Part shown: one piece after another, positions 48,800 to 57,218 of the stretch
Position numbering within the stretch: position 1 is the stretch's first letter
Layout of the letters: every line of letters begins with the position of its first letter
The notes under the pieces: generated by a model
What the model saw: the letters and a program-made list of their open reading frames with translations, nothing else
Database searches by the model: none
Told to the model about the DNA's origin: nothing
Source of the DNA: Bacteroidales bacterium
GTDB lineage: Bacteria; Bacteroidota; Bacteroidia; Bacteroidales; UBA12077
Assembly (NCBI GenBank): GCA_013138975.1
Contig: WTBR01000050.1
Span: 3,123 to 67,122, forward strand
Length of the DNA stretch: 64,000 nucleotides
Direction: 5' to 3'
Translations under genes and position numbers: made by a program

Positions 48800-51124
48800 A
48801 TGAAACTATCCGCTTTTCGAATAAGAAATTTCCGTTCCATGGTTGATTCTAAAATCAACTATCTTTCTATTGATAATATTACGGCCTTAATAGGGCAAAA
48901 TGAGTCAGGAAAAACAAGCATACTTGAAGCTTTAAATAGTTTCTCCAATGGAATTATTAGTGAAGATATGCTTCGCAGCGACAGCGCTTATCCAGTAATT
49001 TCATGTTATTTTGAATTTAGTGGAAAGTTCTTAAAAGATTATCTCGATTTAAATAAAATCCCTTCAGGTTTAAAAAAGAAATTACAGAAAAAGAATGGTA
49101 TTTGGTTAGAAAGAAGTTGGAAAAATCTGGCTACAACTACTTTTAAATGCAGTGATACAGAATTTGTAGAATTTTATAAAGAACAAAACGAATCTGATCA
49201 AACTCGGGTTAAAAATATCTACAGAAATATTCAACAAATTAATAGTAAAACGAATGATTTAAGAGCCGAAATTCAAATTATTGAGAAAGATAAAATTGAA
49301 TTAATTAAAGAAACCGAAGAATTGACAAAACGCTTAAATAAAATACAAAAGGGTCTGGATAAAGCAAAAAAACCAGATCTGATTCAGTCATATCAACATG
49401 AACATGAAGCGGCAAATAAAATATATTCACAAAAGAAAATTGACCTTGATGAAATACTAAAAATATTAAACGAAAAGCAAAAAAAACTGGAAGCTTACGG
49501 AGAAACAGATCAACTTGCTGTACGTTTTCTGGAAATAAAACAAATTTATAATAAAGAGCAGGAAAACTTTGATAAATGCAACGAAGAGTTACAATACTTT
49601 GAAAATTTGTATAATAAGACCATTAATCCTAAAGAGACGGATGTACTTGCAAACAATATTGACTATCTGAAAAATGAGCAAGGAAAGCTAGAATACATTT
49701 TTTACGAAGCACAACAAAAACTTAATTTTATAGAGCGGGTAGCAGAAAAAGTTTTTGTTGGGAAAAATACCCGGGTGGCGGAGAGTGAAGTAAAAATTGA
49801 GCTTTCAAAACAACTGGATATTTATACTTTAGAACAAATCGGAGACGAAATGAGTAAACACCTTCCTGTGTTTGAATTTTTCGAAGATTTTGCCAGTTTA
49901 CTCCCCAACAGAATTGATTTAGCTGATTTGTTTGATCAAAATACATTTATTGAAGGTTATAAAGCAGTAAATAATTTTCTTACCATTTCAGGATTAAGCG
50001 CTAACTTTTTTAAACAAGAAAATGATAGAATTCTAAAGCAAAGAATTGAAAACCTAAATGGAGAAATTACCATTGATTTTCATGAATTTTGGAGTCAGAA
50101 AATTGGCACTCAGAATAAAATTCATTTAAATTTTGAACTAGAACATTACGATAATAGTATTCCTGAAAAAAGTGGTAAACCTTACCTTGAATTTTGGATA
50201 AAAGATAATTACGAACGACTTTATCCAAAACAAAGAAGTAGAGGTGTTCGTTGGTTTTTATCATTTTATTTAGAGCTAAAAGCAATAGCCATGAGTAAGC
50301 AAATGAAAGTCTTGCTTATTGATGAACCCGGACTTAGTCTTCATGCAAAAGCGCAACAAGATGTACTAAAAGTTTTTGAAAATCTGAAAAAAGATTTGCA
50401 AATTATTTATTGTACTCACTCAACACAGCTAATTGATAGAGAGAAAATGTTTCGCATATTGGCAGTTGAACGAAAAGAAGGTGAGGGAGTATACAGTCAA
50501 TCCATAATTTTAGATGCAAAATCTTTAAAAACAGCAAATAATGAAACTATGATGCCTGTATTTTCTGTTTTTAGTGGACATATTATAAAGGAAAATAAAC
50601 TTATAAAAAATCAAAACCTGGTAGTCGATGACATAAGTACATTTTATTATTTATCTGCATTCTCAAAGCTTATCGGAGAAAATAGTGAGATTCATTTCAT
50701 CCCTTCAAGTGATGTTAATGGTATTACTGTAATGACAAATTTGCTAACAGGGTGGAGAACAAATTTTTCCGTTTTATTGCCTGGAAGTATTGAAGGTCAG
50801 AAAATTTTTGATGAGCTTAAAAACAGTTTATTTATAAATAAAAAAGATCTAATCGACACGAAATTAATACTCATGGAAGAAGAAAATATTGTAGATCTCT
50901 TCTCAAAATTTGACTTTAAAAAACATATACTAAATAAGCGAATTGGTATCCCCGAGTCAAATAGTGAATACATAGAAATAAATAATTTGTCGAAGAATTT
51001 TCTGGCTTCACAGTTTGCAACAATGGTTGATACTGGGGTGATTCAACAAAACCATCTGGACGAACAAACTATTGAAGCTGTAACTGCATTAATAAGGAAA
51101 ATTGAAGATTCTGTTGGTTTCTAA
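48800..51124 (+). CDS. OLD-family-like ABC ATPase with long coiled-coil insert and degenerate TOPRIM-like C-terminus
   Basis: GQNESGKT, LLIDEPGLSLH, YCTHS; about 200-aa coiled coil. Confidence 0.82.
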   Translation: MKLSAFRIRNFRSMVDSKINYLSIDNITALIGQNESGKTSILEALNSFSNGIISEDMLRSDSAYPVISCYFEFSGKFLKDYLDLNKIPSGLKKKLQKKNGIWLERSWKNLATTTFKCSDTEFVEFYKEQNESDQTRVKNIYRNIQQINSKTNDLRAEIQIIEKDKIELIKETEELTKRLNKIQKGLDKAKKPDLIQSYQHEHEAANKIYSQKKIDLDEILKILNEKQKKLEAYGETDQLAVRFLEIKQIYNKEQENFDKCNEELQYFENLYNKTINPKETDVLANNIDYLKNEQGKLEYIFYEAQQKLNFIERVAEKVFVGKNTRVAESEVKIELSKQLDIYTLEQIGDEMSKHLPVFEFFEDFASLLPNRIDLADLFDQNTFIEGYKAVNNFLTISGLSANFFKQENDRILKQRIENLNGEITIDFHEFWSQKIGTQNKIHLNFELEHYDNSIPEKSGKPYLEFWIKDNYERLYPKQRSRGVRWFLSFYLELKAIAMSKQMKVLLIDEPGLSLHAKAQQDVLKVFENLKKDLQIIYCTHSTQLIDREKMFRILAVERKEGEGVYSQSIILDAKSLKTANNETMMPVFSVFSGHIIKENKLIKNQNLVVDDISTFYYLSAFSKLIGENSEIHFIPSSDVNGITVMTNLLTGWRTNFSVLLPGSIEGQKIFDELKNSLFINKKDLIDTKLILMEEENIVDLFSKFDFKKHILNKRIGIPESNSEYIEINNLSKNFLASQFATMVDTGVIQQNHLDEQTIEAVTALIRKIEDSVGF

Positions 51125-51153
51125 ACAATAGTTTAAGAATATATCAAGTATTT

Positions 51154-51448
51154 ATTTACTTAATGCTTCCGTGCCACCAACAATTTCGAGAATTTCGTTT
51201 GTGATTGAGGTCTGATGCGCTTTATTGTATGTTAACTGAAGTTCTCTGGATGAGCGTTATCTATAAATCGAAGCAGCCCAACGTAGTTTTCAACTCAAGC
51301 ATAGCATCTTAAAACTTTATTTTTACGGATTTCATAATAAACTCTTTTAGAATATATTATTCTTCTTAAGTGGGAAAAATAAATTCAAGATTACCACCGT
51401 AGAAGAAAAACTTACAGATATTCTTATTTACCCATATAAGTGGCAACC
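51154..51448 (-). pseudogene. relic copy 1 of the atpG 3' end
   Basis: Minus strand reads ...YILKEFIMKSVKIKF*DAMLE... and RELQLTYNKAHQTSITNEILEIVGGTEALSK*; about 14 mismatches in 90 bp versus 56330-56419. Confidence 0.9.
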
Positions 51449-51474
51449 GACATAATATTAGTCTGAAGTTGCCA
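51441..51474. other. attC-like inverted core pair
   Basis: TGGCAAC-N20-GTTGCCA perfect inverted repeat upstream of the TA pair. Confidence 0.45.
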
Positions 51475-51585
51475 GTAAGCCAAAAAGAGACACTCCTGTG
51501 CTAAACAAATTATTTTTTGCAATAATGAATCGAATGTTTCCAAATACAGAAACAAAATACTATCTTTGTAAGAAAATAATGAGAA

Positions 51586-51930
51586 ATGGACAAACTAGTT
51601 GAAGTAGAATTGTTACCTGAAGCAGAAGAATTTGTTCATAAAATAGAAATTCAAGCAAGGAAAAAGCTTTTTTATGCAATTCGAAAAACTAAAAACAGAA
51701 TTTTTGGTAATTGGTTTGAAAAAATGCGAGGTTCTAATGGAATATTTGAATTTAGAGTCAAAGAATTTGGAAAATATTATCGCTTGTTTGCATTTTGGGA
51801 CAGCACCAGAGAAACAGAAACGTTAATAGTTTGCACTCATGGAATTATTAAAAAGTCAAATAAAACACCAAAAAAAGAAATTGAAAAAGCGGAAAGAATT
51901 AAACAAGAATATTTTAAAGGACTGATTTAA
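51586..51930 (+). CDS. RelE/ParE (HigB/Gp49-like) toxin
   Basis: IFEFRV...YRLFAFWD...THGIIKKSNKTPKKEIEKA; TATCTTTG -7 box at 51561. Confidence 0.9.
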   Translation: MDKLVEVELLPEAEEFVHKIEIQARKKLFYAIRKTKNRIFGNWFEKMRGSNGIFEFRVKEFGKYYRLFAFWDSTRETETLIVCTHGIIKKSNKTPKKEIEKAERIKQEYFKGLI

Positions 51931-51941
51931 ACTGAAATATC

Positions 51942-52262
51942 ATGGCAAAAAAGAAACATACAAGATTTGAAGATTTAGAAGACAAATATTTTGGTAAAGT
52001 TGGAACACCGGAAAGGGAGCAGTACGAATTTGACCTAAATATGGAAATGATTGGCGATAAGATTAAACAGCTTAGACTTAAAAAACATATGACACAAACA
52101 GAATTAGGTGAACTCATAGGTGTTAAGAGAGCTCAGATTTCAAAACTAGAAAATGGTAATCATAGCGCATCTATTTCAACCTTAATGAAGGTTTTTCACG
52201 CCATGAAAGCAAAAATTAAATTCCGAATAGAATCCGATGATTCGGTAGAATTTGCATTCTAA
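51942..52262 (+). CDS. XRE-HTH antitoxin (HigA-like)
   Basis: MTQTELGELIGVKRAQISKLENG; downstream of the toxin. Confidence 0.9.
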   Translation: MAKKKHTRFEDLEDKYFGKVGTPEREQYEFDLNMEMIGDKIKQLRLKKHMTQTELGELIGVKRAQISKLENGNHSASISTLMKVFHAMKAKIKFRIESDDSVEFAF

Positions 52263-52281
52263 ATAAAAAGACCTACCGGCA

Positions 52282-52774
52282 ATCAAGTAGACGGCTGACG
52301 GTCTATTGACCGCCAGTACGCCTCTCACACCGGTATTGCTTACGCAATAATGTACGGTTCTCGTATACAGCGGTTCGTTAAGTTGTGGGAAAATTCGTTT
52401 GTAAATATCGAGTAAAGAAATATACCCTCGCTTTCTCAACCTTTCCAAAGTGATAGTAGTTCCAAGTATTGGACGTTACTCATGTATTGTTAAATTATTA
52501 TGGTATTCGTGATTGCTTCGCAATTGTGCAATAGCCCAACCACCCATTCTTGATCTACTCCATGCATAAGCTTGACCTTGTTCAACTCCTAAACGGATCA
52601 GCTTTTTCCTTTTCCGCTGCCCTACCCTACAAGCTGGCTCTTCCCTAAAATTGTTCACTGAACAATTTCTTAACGGGAAGCCCTCCAATGATGCCAGATG
52701 CAGTATCTGAGCCTGTTACGAATCCATCCGTCAATTTCGTTGAGTTTGTTGTAAATACTTGCCATTCGGTAACC
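52282..52774 (-). mobile_element. group II intron 3' relic (maturase C-terminus plus domains V/VI)
   Basis: GYRMASIYNKLNEIDGWIRNRLRYCIWHHW..RKRKKLIRLGVEQGQAYAWSRSRMGGWAIAQ..PILGTTITLERLRKRGY; DV GAACCGCTGTATACGAGAACCGTAC..GGTGTGAGAGG; end CTACTTGAT. Confidence 0.92.
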
Positions 52775-53318
52775 GAGGAATGAAAAAACAGAGGAATAAA
52801 ACAGCAATTAGAATACGCCATTCTAACTGCAGAAATATCAAAAGCAACTTTTGGGCTAACACCCTCAGAATATAAAAAAATAAAAGAGCTTAAATATCAA
52901 AATTTACGTGACCATATGACTGACCTTGAATTGATTTTTTCAATGTTAGGGGAAGCTTCAACAAAAGAAATTGTAAAGACTAATACCAATTATTCATCAT
53001 AGTGTCGTATAAATAAATTAAATTATTTTTTTCATTTACGAGGTATAAAACATTTGCATAGCCACAGCTACGGAAATTTTTTCTGCCGAAGTAAATGGGA
53101 AAAAGAAGTAATTTATATGCGACAATATGGTGCATAAATGGTATAAGTACCCGAAAGGTTTTAACGAAAATAAAAAAGCAGCAAAACAGGGTGGTGCAGT
53201 TGCAGGTAATGCAAGACGTGAACTAGAAAGCAAAACCGGAAAAAAAGTTGTATCAAATAACAATTATCTTCCTGAAAAGAAAAAAAATAAAGAATTAGGA
53301 AATGAGGAAAAGAAATAA
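52772..53318 (+). pseudogene. Bro-N/antirepressor-like protein pseudogene, C-terminal half, interrupted
   Basis: TEE*KNRGIKQQLEYAILTAEISKATFG...NLRDHMTDLELIFSMLGEASTKEIVKTN, ~166-bp insert, then PKGFNENKKAAKQGGAVAGNARRELE. Confidence 0.8.
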
Positions 53319-53377
53319 TTATTTATAAAACAACTCAAAGGGCATTTATAGTTTGAAAATAATAAAGGCCTTTGGTA

Positions 53378-53474
53378 GTCGAGTATATGGCTCTGCCACT
53401 AAATAGTAGCAGAGTACAACTCTTTCACCGCAATTACTCTCGTAATTGTGTGCGAGTCTCGTCTACAGCGGTTC
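53378..53474 (-). mobile_element. second, more degraded group II intron DV/DVI relic
   Basis: GAACCGCTGTAGACGAGACTCGCAC...GTGAAAGAG...CTCTGCTACTATTTAGTGGCAGAG...TACTCGAC. Confidence 0.7.
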
Positions 53475-53530
53475 ATCTAATTTTTTTCCAGACAATAATA
53501 ATTTTTAAAACTTCACAAGCATAACTAAAT

Positions 53531-53686
53531 CTCAAGCATAGCTTCATAAAACTTTATTTTTATCGATTTCAAGATAAACTCTTTTACAATATATTGTTCT
53601 TCTTTTTACTGAAATAATAAAACTAAGATTACTACAGTAGAAAAAGAATTTACAGACATTCTTATTTACCTATGCAAGTACAAACC
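53531..53686 (-). pseudogene. relic copy 2 of atpG internal 3' segment, direct repeat of 51294-51448
   Basis: Minus strand IVKEFILKSIKIKFYEAMLE versus atpG IVKELIPKSLKIQFYEAMLE. Confidence 0.85.
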
Positions 53687-53951
53687 TATATTATATTATT
53701 CTGGAGCAAGCTTTTAAAAAAAAACGGTAAACAAAAAAAGTTTGTAGTTAATATAAAACTTATATTGCCAAATCTCGTATTGTTTATTTTATTTACTATC
53801 TTCACTAAACTATAATATGTACAAGGAATTCATATTAAGTATATAGGTGGACAAAAGATGAACATAATAACAAGTTGATCAGCTTGAAGTTGATTTAGAA
53901 TAAGAAGTTTTAAGTCAATTAATAAAATATTAAATTGACAATAATAAAGTA

Positions 53952-53998
53952 CAAATAGACCTTATATAAACAAATAGACCTTATATAAACAAATAGAC
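53952..53998 (+). repeat. 19-bp tandem repeat, 2.5 copies
   Basis: CAAATAGACCTTATATAAA twice plus CAAATAGAC. Confidence 0.95.
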
Positions 53999-54029
53999 AA
54001 TAATATAAAAAAACGAAAATCAAAATTTA

Positions 54030-55112
54030 ATGAATAAAATAATACATATAATAATTACAGGCTTTTTTAAACTATTTGTACCTTTCATTTATTTAAGTTT
54101 TATTATTGCAGGTATATTTTCTGCCCTTGTTTCAGCAATTATTGAATATGATGTCTTTTCGGAATTATTTATAAAAAGTGATTTTAATAATTCGAGTATC
54201 TTATTATCTGTTCCATTATTAGTGGTAGTTTCCTTCGAAGTAACAAAAATTTTTTTAATTTTTTTAAACAAACAATATTCTATTAGTGATAATTCTCATT
54301 ATCAAAAAGATAAATCATCATTTTTACGCTTGAGATATATCTTAATCTTTATTTCATTTTTTGCTACATTAATTTATTCATTCTATAATTTACAAAATCC
54401 AGAATTTGAAAATAATCTTAAAAAAGAATATGCTGAATTAAAATCACAATATGATATAGATGTGAAAATTATAGAAACAACTTTTGATAATAATATAAAA
54501 TCTCAAACACAAAACATAGATAATCAAATTGCTATTTTTGACAGTCGAATGACAACAGAAGAAAACTACAAATTTAAAGGTAGACAAGAATACAGAGGTC
54601 CCAGATTTGAACAAGCTGAAAAGAGTAAAAAGGAACAAGAAGATAAAAGGGAAATAATCACAAATAATCTTAATACTCAAAAATTAAGTACAATCTCAAA
54701 TCGAACCCAAAAACTTGAAGATGATAAAATAAAGGTTAAAGATAAAATTAATAAGTCAAGTTCATCAGGTAATAAAATGCTTACTGCAACACTAAGTATT
54801 TTGAATACGAATAGTAATTATTCTGAAGGTCAGTACATATTTTTAGTTGGTCTTTTAAGTTTATTATTAAGTGTAGGACTTGAATTTATTATTTGGTCAT
54901 CATTCACAGTTTTGGCAATTAATCACGGAGATATTTTTGATTTTGGTATTCAAACAGAAAAGTATAAAAATGCAACTCAAGCAGAGTTAGAGATTAATAA
55001 AACTGATTTTAAAAAAGAGGTAAAAAATAACACAAATTATGCTACACAAATTTTATATGCAGTTAGTAATTCTGCAAAAGACTTAATAAAGAGAGCAAAA
55101 AAAGATTTTTAA
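54030..55112 (+). CDS. membrane protein with long coiled coil (DUF4407-like architecture)
   Basis: Three N-terminal TM, ~130-aa coiled coil, one further TM. Confidence 0.7.
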   Translation: MNKIIHIIITGFFKLFVPFIYLSFIIAGIFSALVSAIIEYDVFSELFIKSDFNNSSILLSVPLLVVVSFEVTKIFLIFLNKQYSISDNSHYQKDKSSFLRLRYILIFISFFATLIYSFYNLQNPEFENNLKKEYAELKSQYDIDVKIIETTFDNNIKSQTQNIDNQIAIFDSRMTTEENYKFKGRQEYRGPRFEQAEKSKKEQEDKREIITNNLNTQKLSTISNRTQKLEDDKIKVKDKINKSSSSGNKMLTATLSILNTNSNYSEGQYIFLVGLLSLLLSVGLEFIIWSSFTVLAINHGDIFDFGIQTEKYKNATQAELEINKTDFKKEVKNNTNYATQILYAVSNSAKDLIKRAKKDF

Positions 55113-55131
55113 TAACCAATAAATTAATATT

Positions 55132-55680
55132 ATGAGCAATTTGTCAAATAGAAATAACGAGAAAAGTTTAGTAAATACCGATGATGTAGCACAAGAAATT
55201 GGAAACAAAAAAATTGATGCCCAACATATTTTATCAAAAAAAGTTGGAATGCTTCAACGAATTTTCCCATCTGTAGAGCAAAAATTAGCAGTAGCACACA
55301 GTAAAGAAATATTAGAGCAGGAATCAAAATCTGATGTAGAAGTAAGAAGAATGCACAATGAGTTTTTTAAACAAGCGTTGCAAATCACGTTTGATAAAGT
55401 TTTAACTGAAGGCGCTGAATCTGTACAAATGGATTTAACTACTAAATTTACAGAAAACAAATTTAATTTAGATAAAAAAGTTGTACAGATGACTGTTGAG
55501 TATTTTGATGAAATTGAAAAACTTGAAGAAAAGGCATTTGAAACAAAAAGTGAAAATATCAAAACTCGAAGGTTAAGAATGTTAAATGAAAGAATGGATG
55601 AATTTGAAAGAACAGTAAGCAGTTTAATGAAAAAATATGAAGATACCCATAACAAAAGCGTTGGTAAGAAAAACTTCTAA
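55132..55680 (+). CDS. all-helical hypothetical protein
   Basis: 182 aa, charged helical; 19 bp after the previous gene. Confidence 0.7.
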   Translation: MSNLSNRNNEKSLVNTDDVAQEIGNKKIDAQHILSKKVGMLQRIFPSVEQKLAVAHSKEILEQESKSDVEVRRMHNEFFKQALQITFDKVLTEGAESVQMDLTTKFTENKFNLDKKVVQMTVEYFDEIEKLEEKAFETKSENIKTRRLRMLNERMDEFERTVSSLMKKYEDTHNKSVGKKNF

Positions 55681-56095
55681 AATCTTATTTTTATTTTTAT
55701 TCTTTTCTAGTTCTTGTTCTATATCACTCACAAAAGATGATTATTTGAATGAATATGAACTGTTTGTGCTTGAAATTAAACAAAATTGGAAAAGTTATTC
55801 AAATAATGATTGGAATAGAATGGAAGTTAAAAATGAAAAATTTTTTAACGATGACTACAAGAAATTTGCAGGAGTACTTAAACCTAATGAACTTATTCGT
55901 GTATATCGATTTAATTTTGTTTATAAGTTTTACAAAGGGGATATCACAATTAAGGCTCTTTTAGCAGGAGAATATAATAAAGTATTTAAAGGCATTACTT
56001 TAGAATTAAATGAAATAATTCGTGAATTAAAATTGGCTATGAATGATTTTGAAAATGAAAAAAATTCTGTAATAATTGAAAAACTTTTGGAATAA
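55637..56095 (+). CDS. hypothetical helical lipoprotein
   Basis: LFLFLFFSSSC lipobox-like; overlaps the previous gene by 44 bp. Confidence 0.6.
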   Translation: MKIPITKALVRKTSKILFLFLFFSSSCSISLTKDDYLNEYELFVLEIKQNWKSYSNNDWNRMEVKNEKFFNDDYKKFAGVLKPNELIRVYRFNFVYKFYKGDITIKALLAGEYNKVFKGITLELNEIIRELKLAMNDFENEKNSVIIEKLLE

Positions 56096-56202
56096 ATACT
56101 TTCATTTCAAATTCTAATGCTAAACCAAATATATTTAAGCGTTAATTTTGAAGTCTGGGTTCTTTCATATTTTGTTTTTTTGCTTTTTGTATTCTGTCTC
56201 CT

Positions 56203-56296
56203 GTATAACCCAATAGGTCCATAGACTTCACTTCGACAAGCTCATAATCTGTTCATTAGATAATTTCAATTCACTATCGTTCCTGAAATTATATTT
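56203..56296 (-). repeat. modular intergenic repeat, copy 2
   Basis: Reverse complement TATAATTTCAGGAACGATAGTGAATTGAAATTATCTAATGAACAGATTATGAGCTTGTCGAAGTGAAGTCTATGGACCTATTGGG matches 16112-16235. Confidence 0.8.
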
Positions 56297-56323
56297 TCTC
56301 TGATTAAAACTACTTTTTCATAT

Positions 56324-57202
56324 TCAACTACTTAATGCCTCCGCACCACCAACAATTTCAAGTATTTCATTTGTAATTGAGGCCTGGCGTGCTTTATTGT
56401 AAGTTAATTGAAGTTCTTTAATTAATCCGGTAGCGTTATCGGTTGCTTTATGCATAGCAGTCATTCTTGCACCATGCTCTGCAGCAATAGATTCAAGCAT
56501 AGCTTCGTAAAACTGTATTTTCAATGATTTTGGTATTAACTCCTTTACGATTCCTTCCTTTGTAGGTTCAAAAATATAATCAAATGACTCATTTGAATCA
56601 ATCTCGTCCGGGAGTTCTATAGGCAAAAACTGCACTGCCGATAACTCCTGAACTGCAGCATTTTTAAATTTATTGTACACAATAATAACCTTATCAAACT
56701 CTTTATTTAAGTATTTTTGCATTACATCCTCAATAAATGGAATTGCACGGTCAAAATTTAAATGATCCAATATGCTATTGTCACTGCTAAGTAGCTCAAC
56801 CTTTTTTGAATGAAAATATTCTGTTCCTTTCTTCCCAACGGATATAATAGAAACATTTCCTTCTTTATACGCATCGGCATAATCTTCATTTAAAAGACTT
56901 AATACCTGCTTTGTTACATTTATATTAAAAGCTCCACATAAGCCTTTGTTTGAAGTAATTGCTATTAGTAATATTTTTTCAGGAGTACCGGGACGTGAAT
57001 AAATATTTTCTTCATCATGCTCGATACTTTGATTAATATTAAATAATATTTGATGTAATTTACCGGCATAAGGCCTTAAATAAATAACAGCATCCTGTGC
57101 TTTTTTAAGCTTTGCTGCTGAAACCATTTTCATGGCACTTGTAATTTGCTTTGTTGACTTTACAGAAGCAATTCGAGTACGTATTTCCTTTAAATTACCC
57201 AT
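56324..57202 (-). CDS. atpG: F1 ATP synthase gamma subunit
   Basis: MGNLKEIRTRIASV...RQASITNEILEIVGGAEA. Confidence 0.99.
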   Translation of the reverse strand: MGNLKEIRTRIASVKSTKQITSAMKMVSAAKLKKAQDAVIYLRPYAGKLHQILFNINQSIEHDEENIYSRPGTPEKILLIAITSNKGLCGAFNINVTKQVLSLLNEDYADAYKEGNVSIISVGKKGTEYFHSKKVELLSSDNSILDHLNFDRAIPFIEDVMQKYLNKEFDKVIIVYNKFKNAAVQELSAVQFLPIELPDEIDSNESFDYIFEPTKEGIVKELIPKSLKIQFYEAMLESIAAEHGARMTAMHKATDNATGLIKELQLTYNKARQASITNEILEIVGGAEALSS

Positions 57203-57218
57203 ATTAATCGAAGATTAT

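Larger units (their letters stand above)
51154..56323. mobile_element. decayed genomic island downstream of atpG
   Basis: Bounded by atpG and its relic; holds TA pair, intron relics, Bro-N pseudogene and AT-rich unknown genes; no integrase. Confidence 0.7.

Noticed and set aside
52182-52688. ORFs 52182-52448 and 52476-52688 as independent genes
   Set aside because: They are frameshifted pieces of the intron maturase relic plus read-through into DV/DVI.
19953-53318. Stop-codon recoding suggested by Trp-position stops (20100 TAG, 20130 TGA, 52781 TGA)
   Set aside because: Intact genes end in TGA (atpG, receptor 4) and TAG (42472 gene) and use TGG for Trp. All cases are in decayed genes and are single G-to-A changes.
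53952-53998. CRISPR array
   Set aside because: The repeats are contiguous with no spacers, and there are no cas genes; the other repeats are dispersed or coding.
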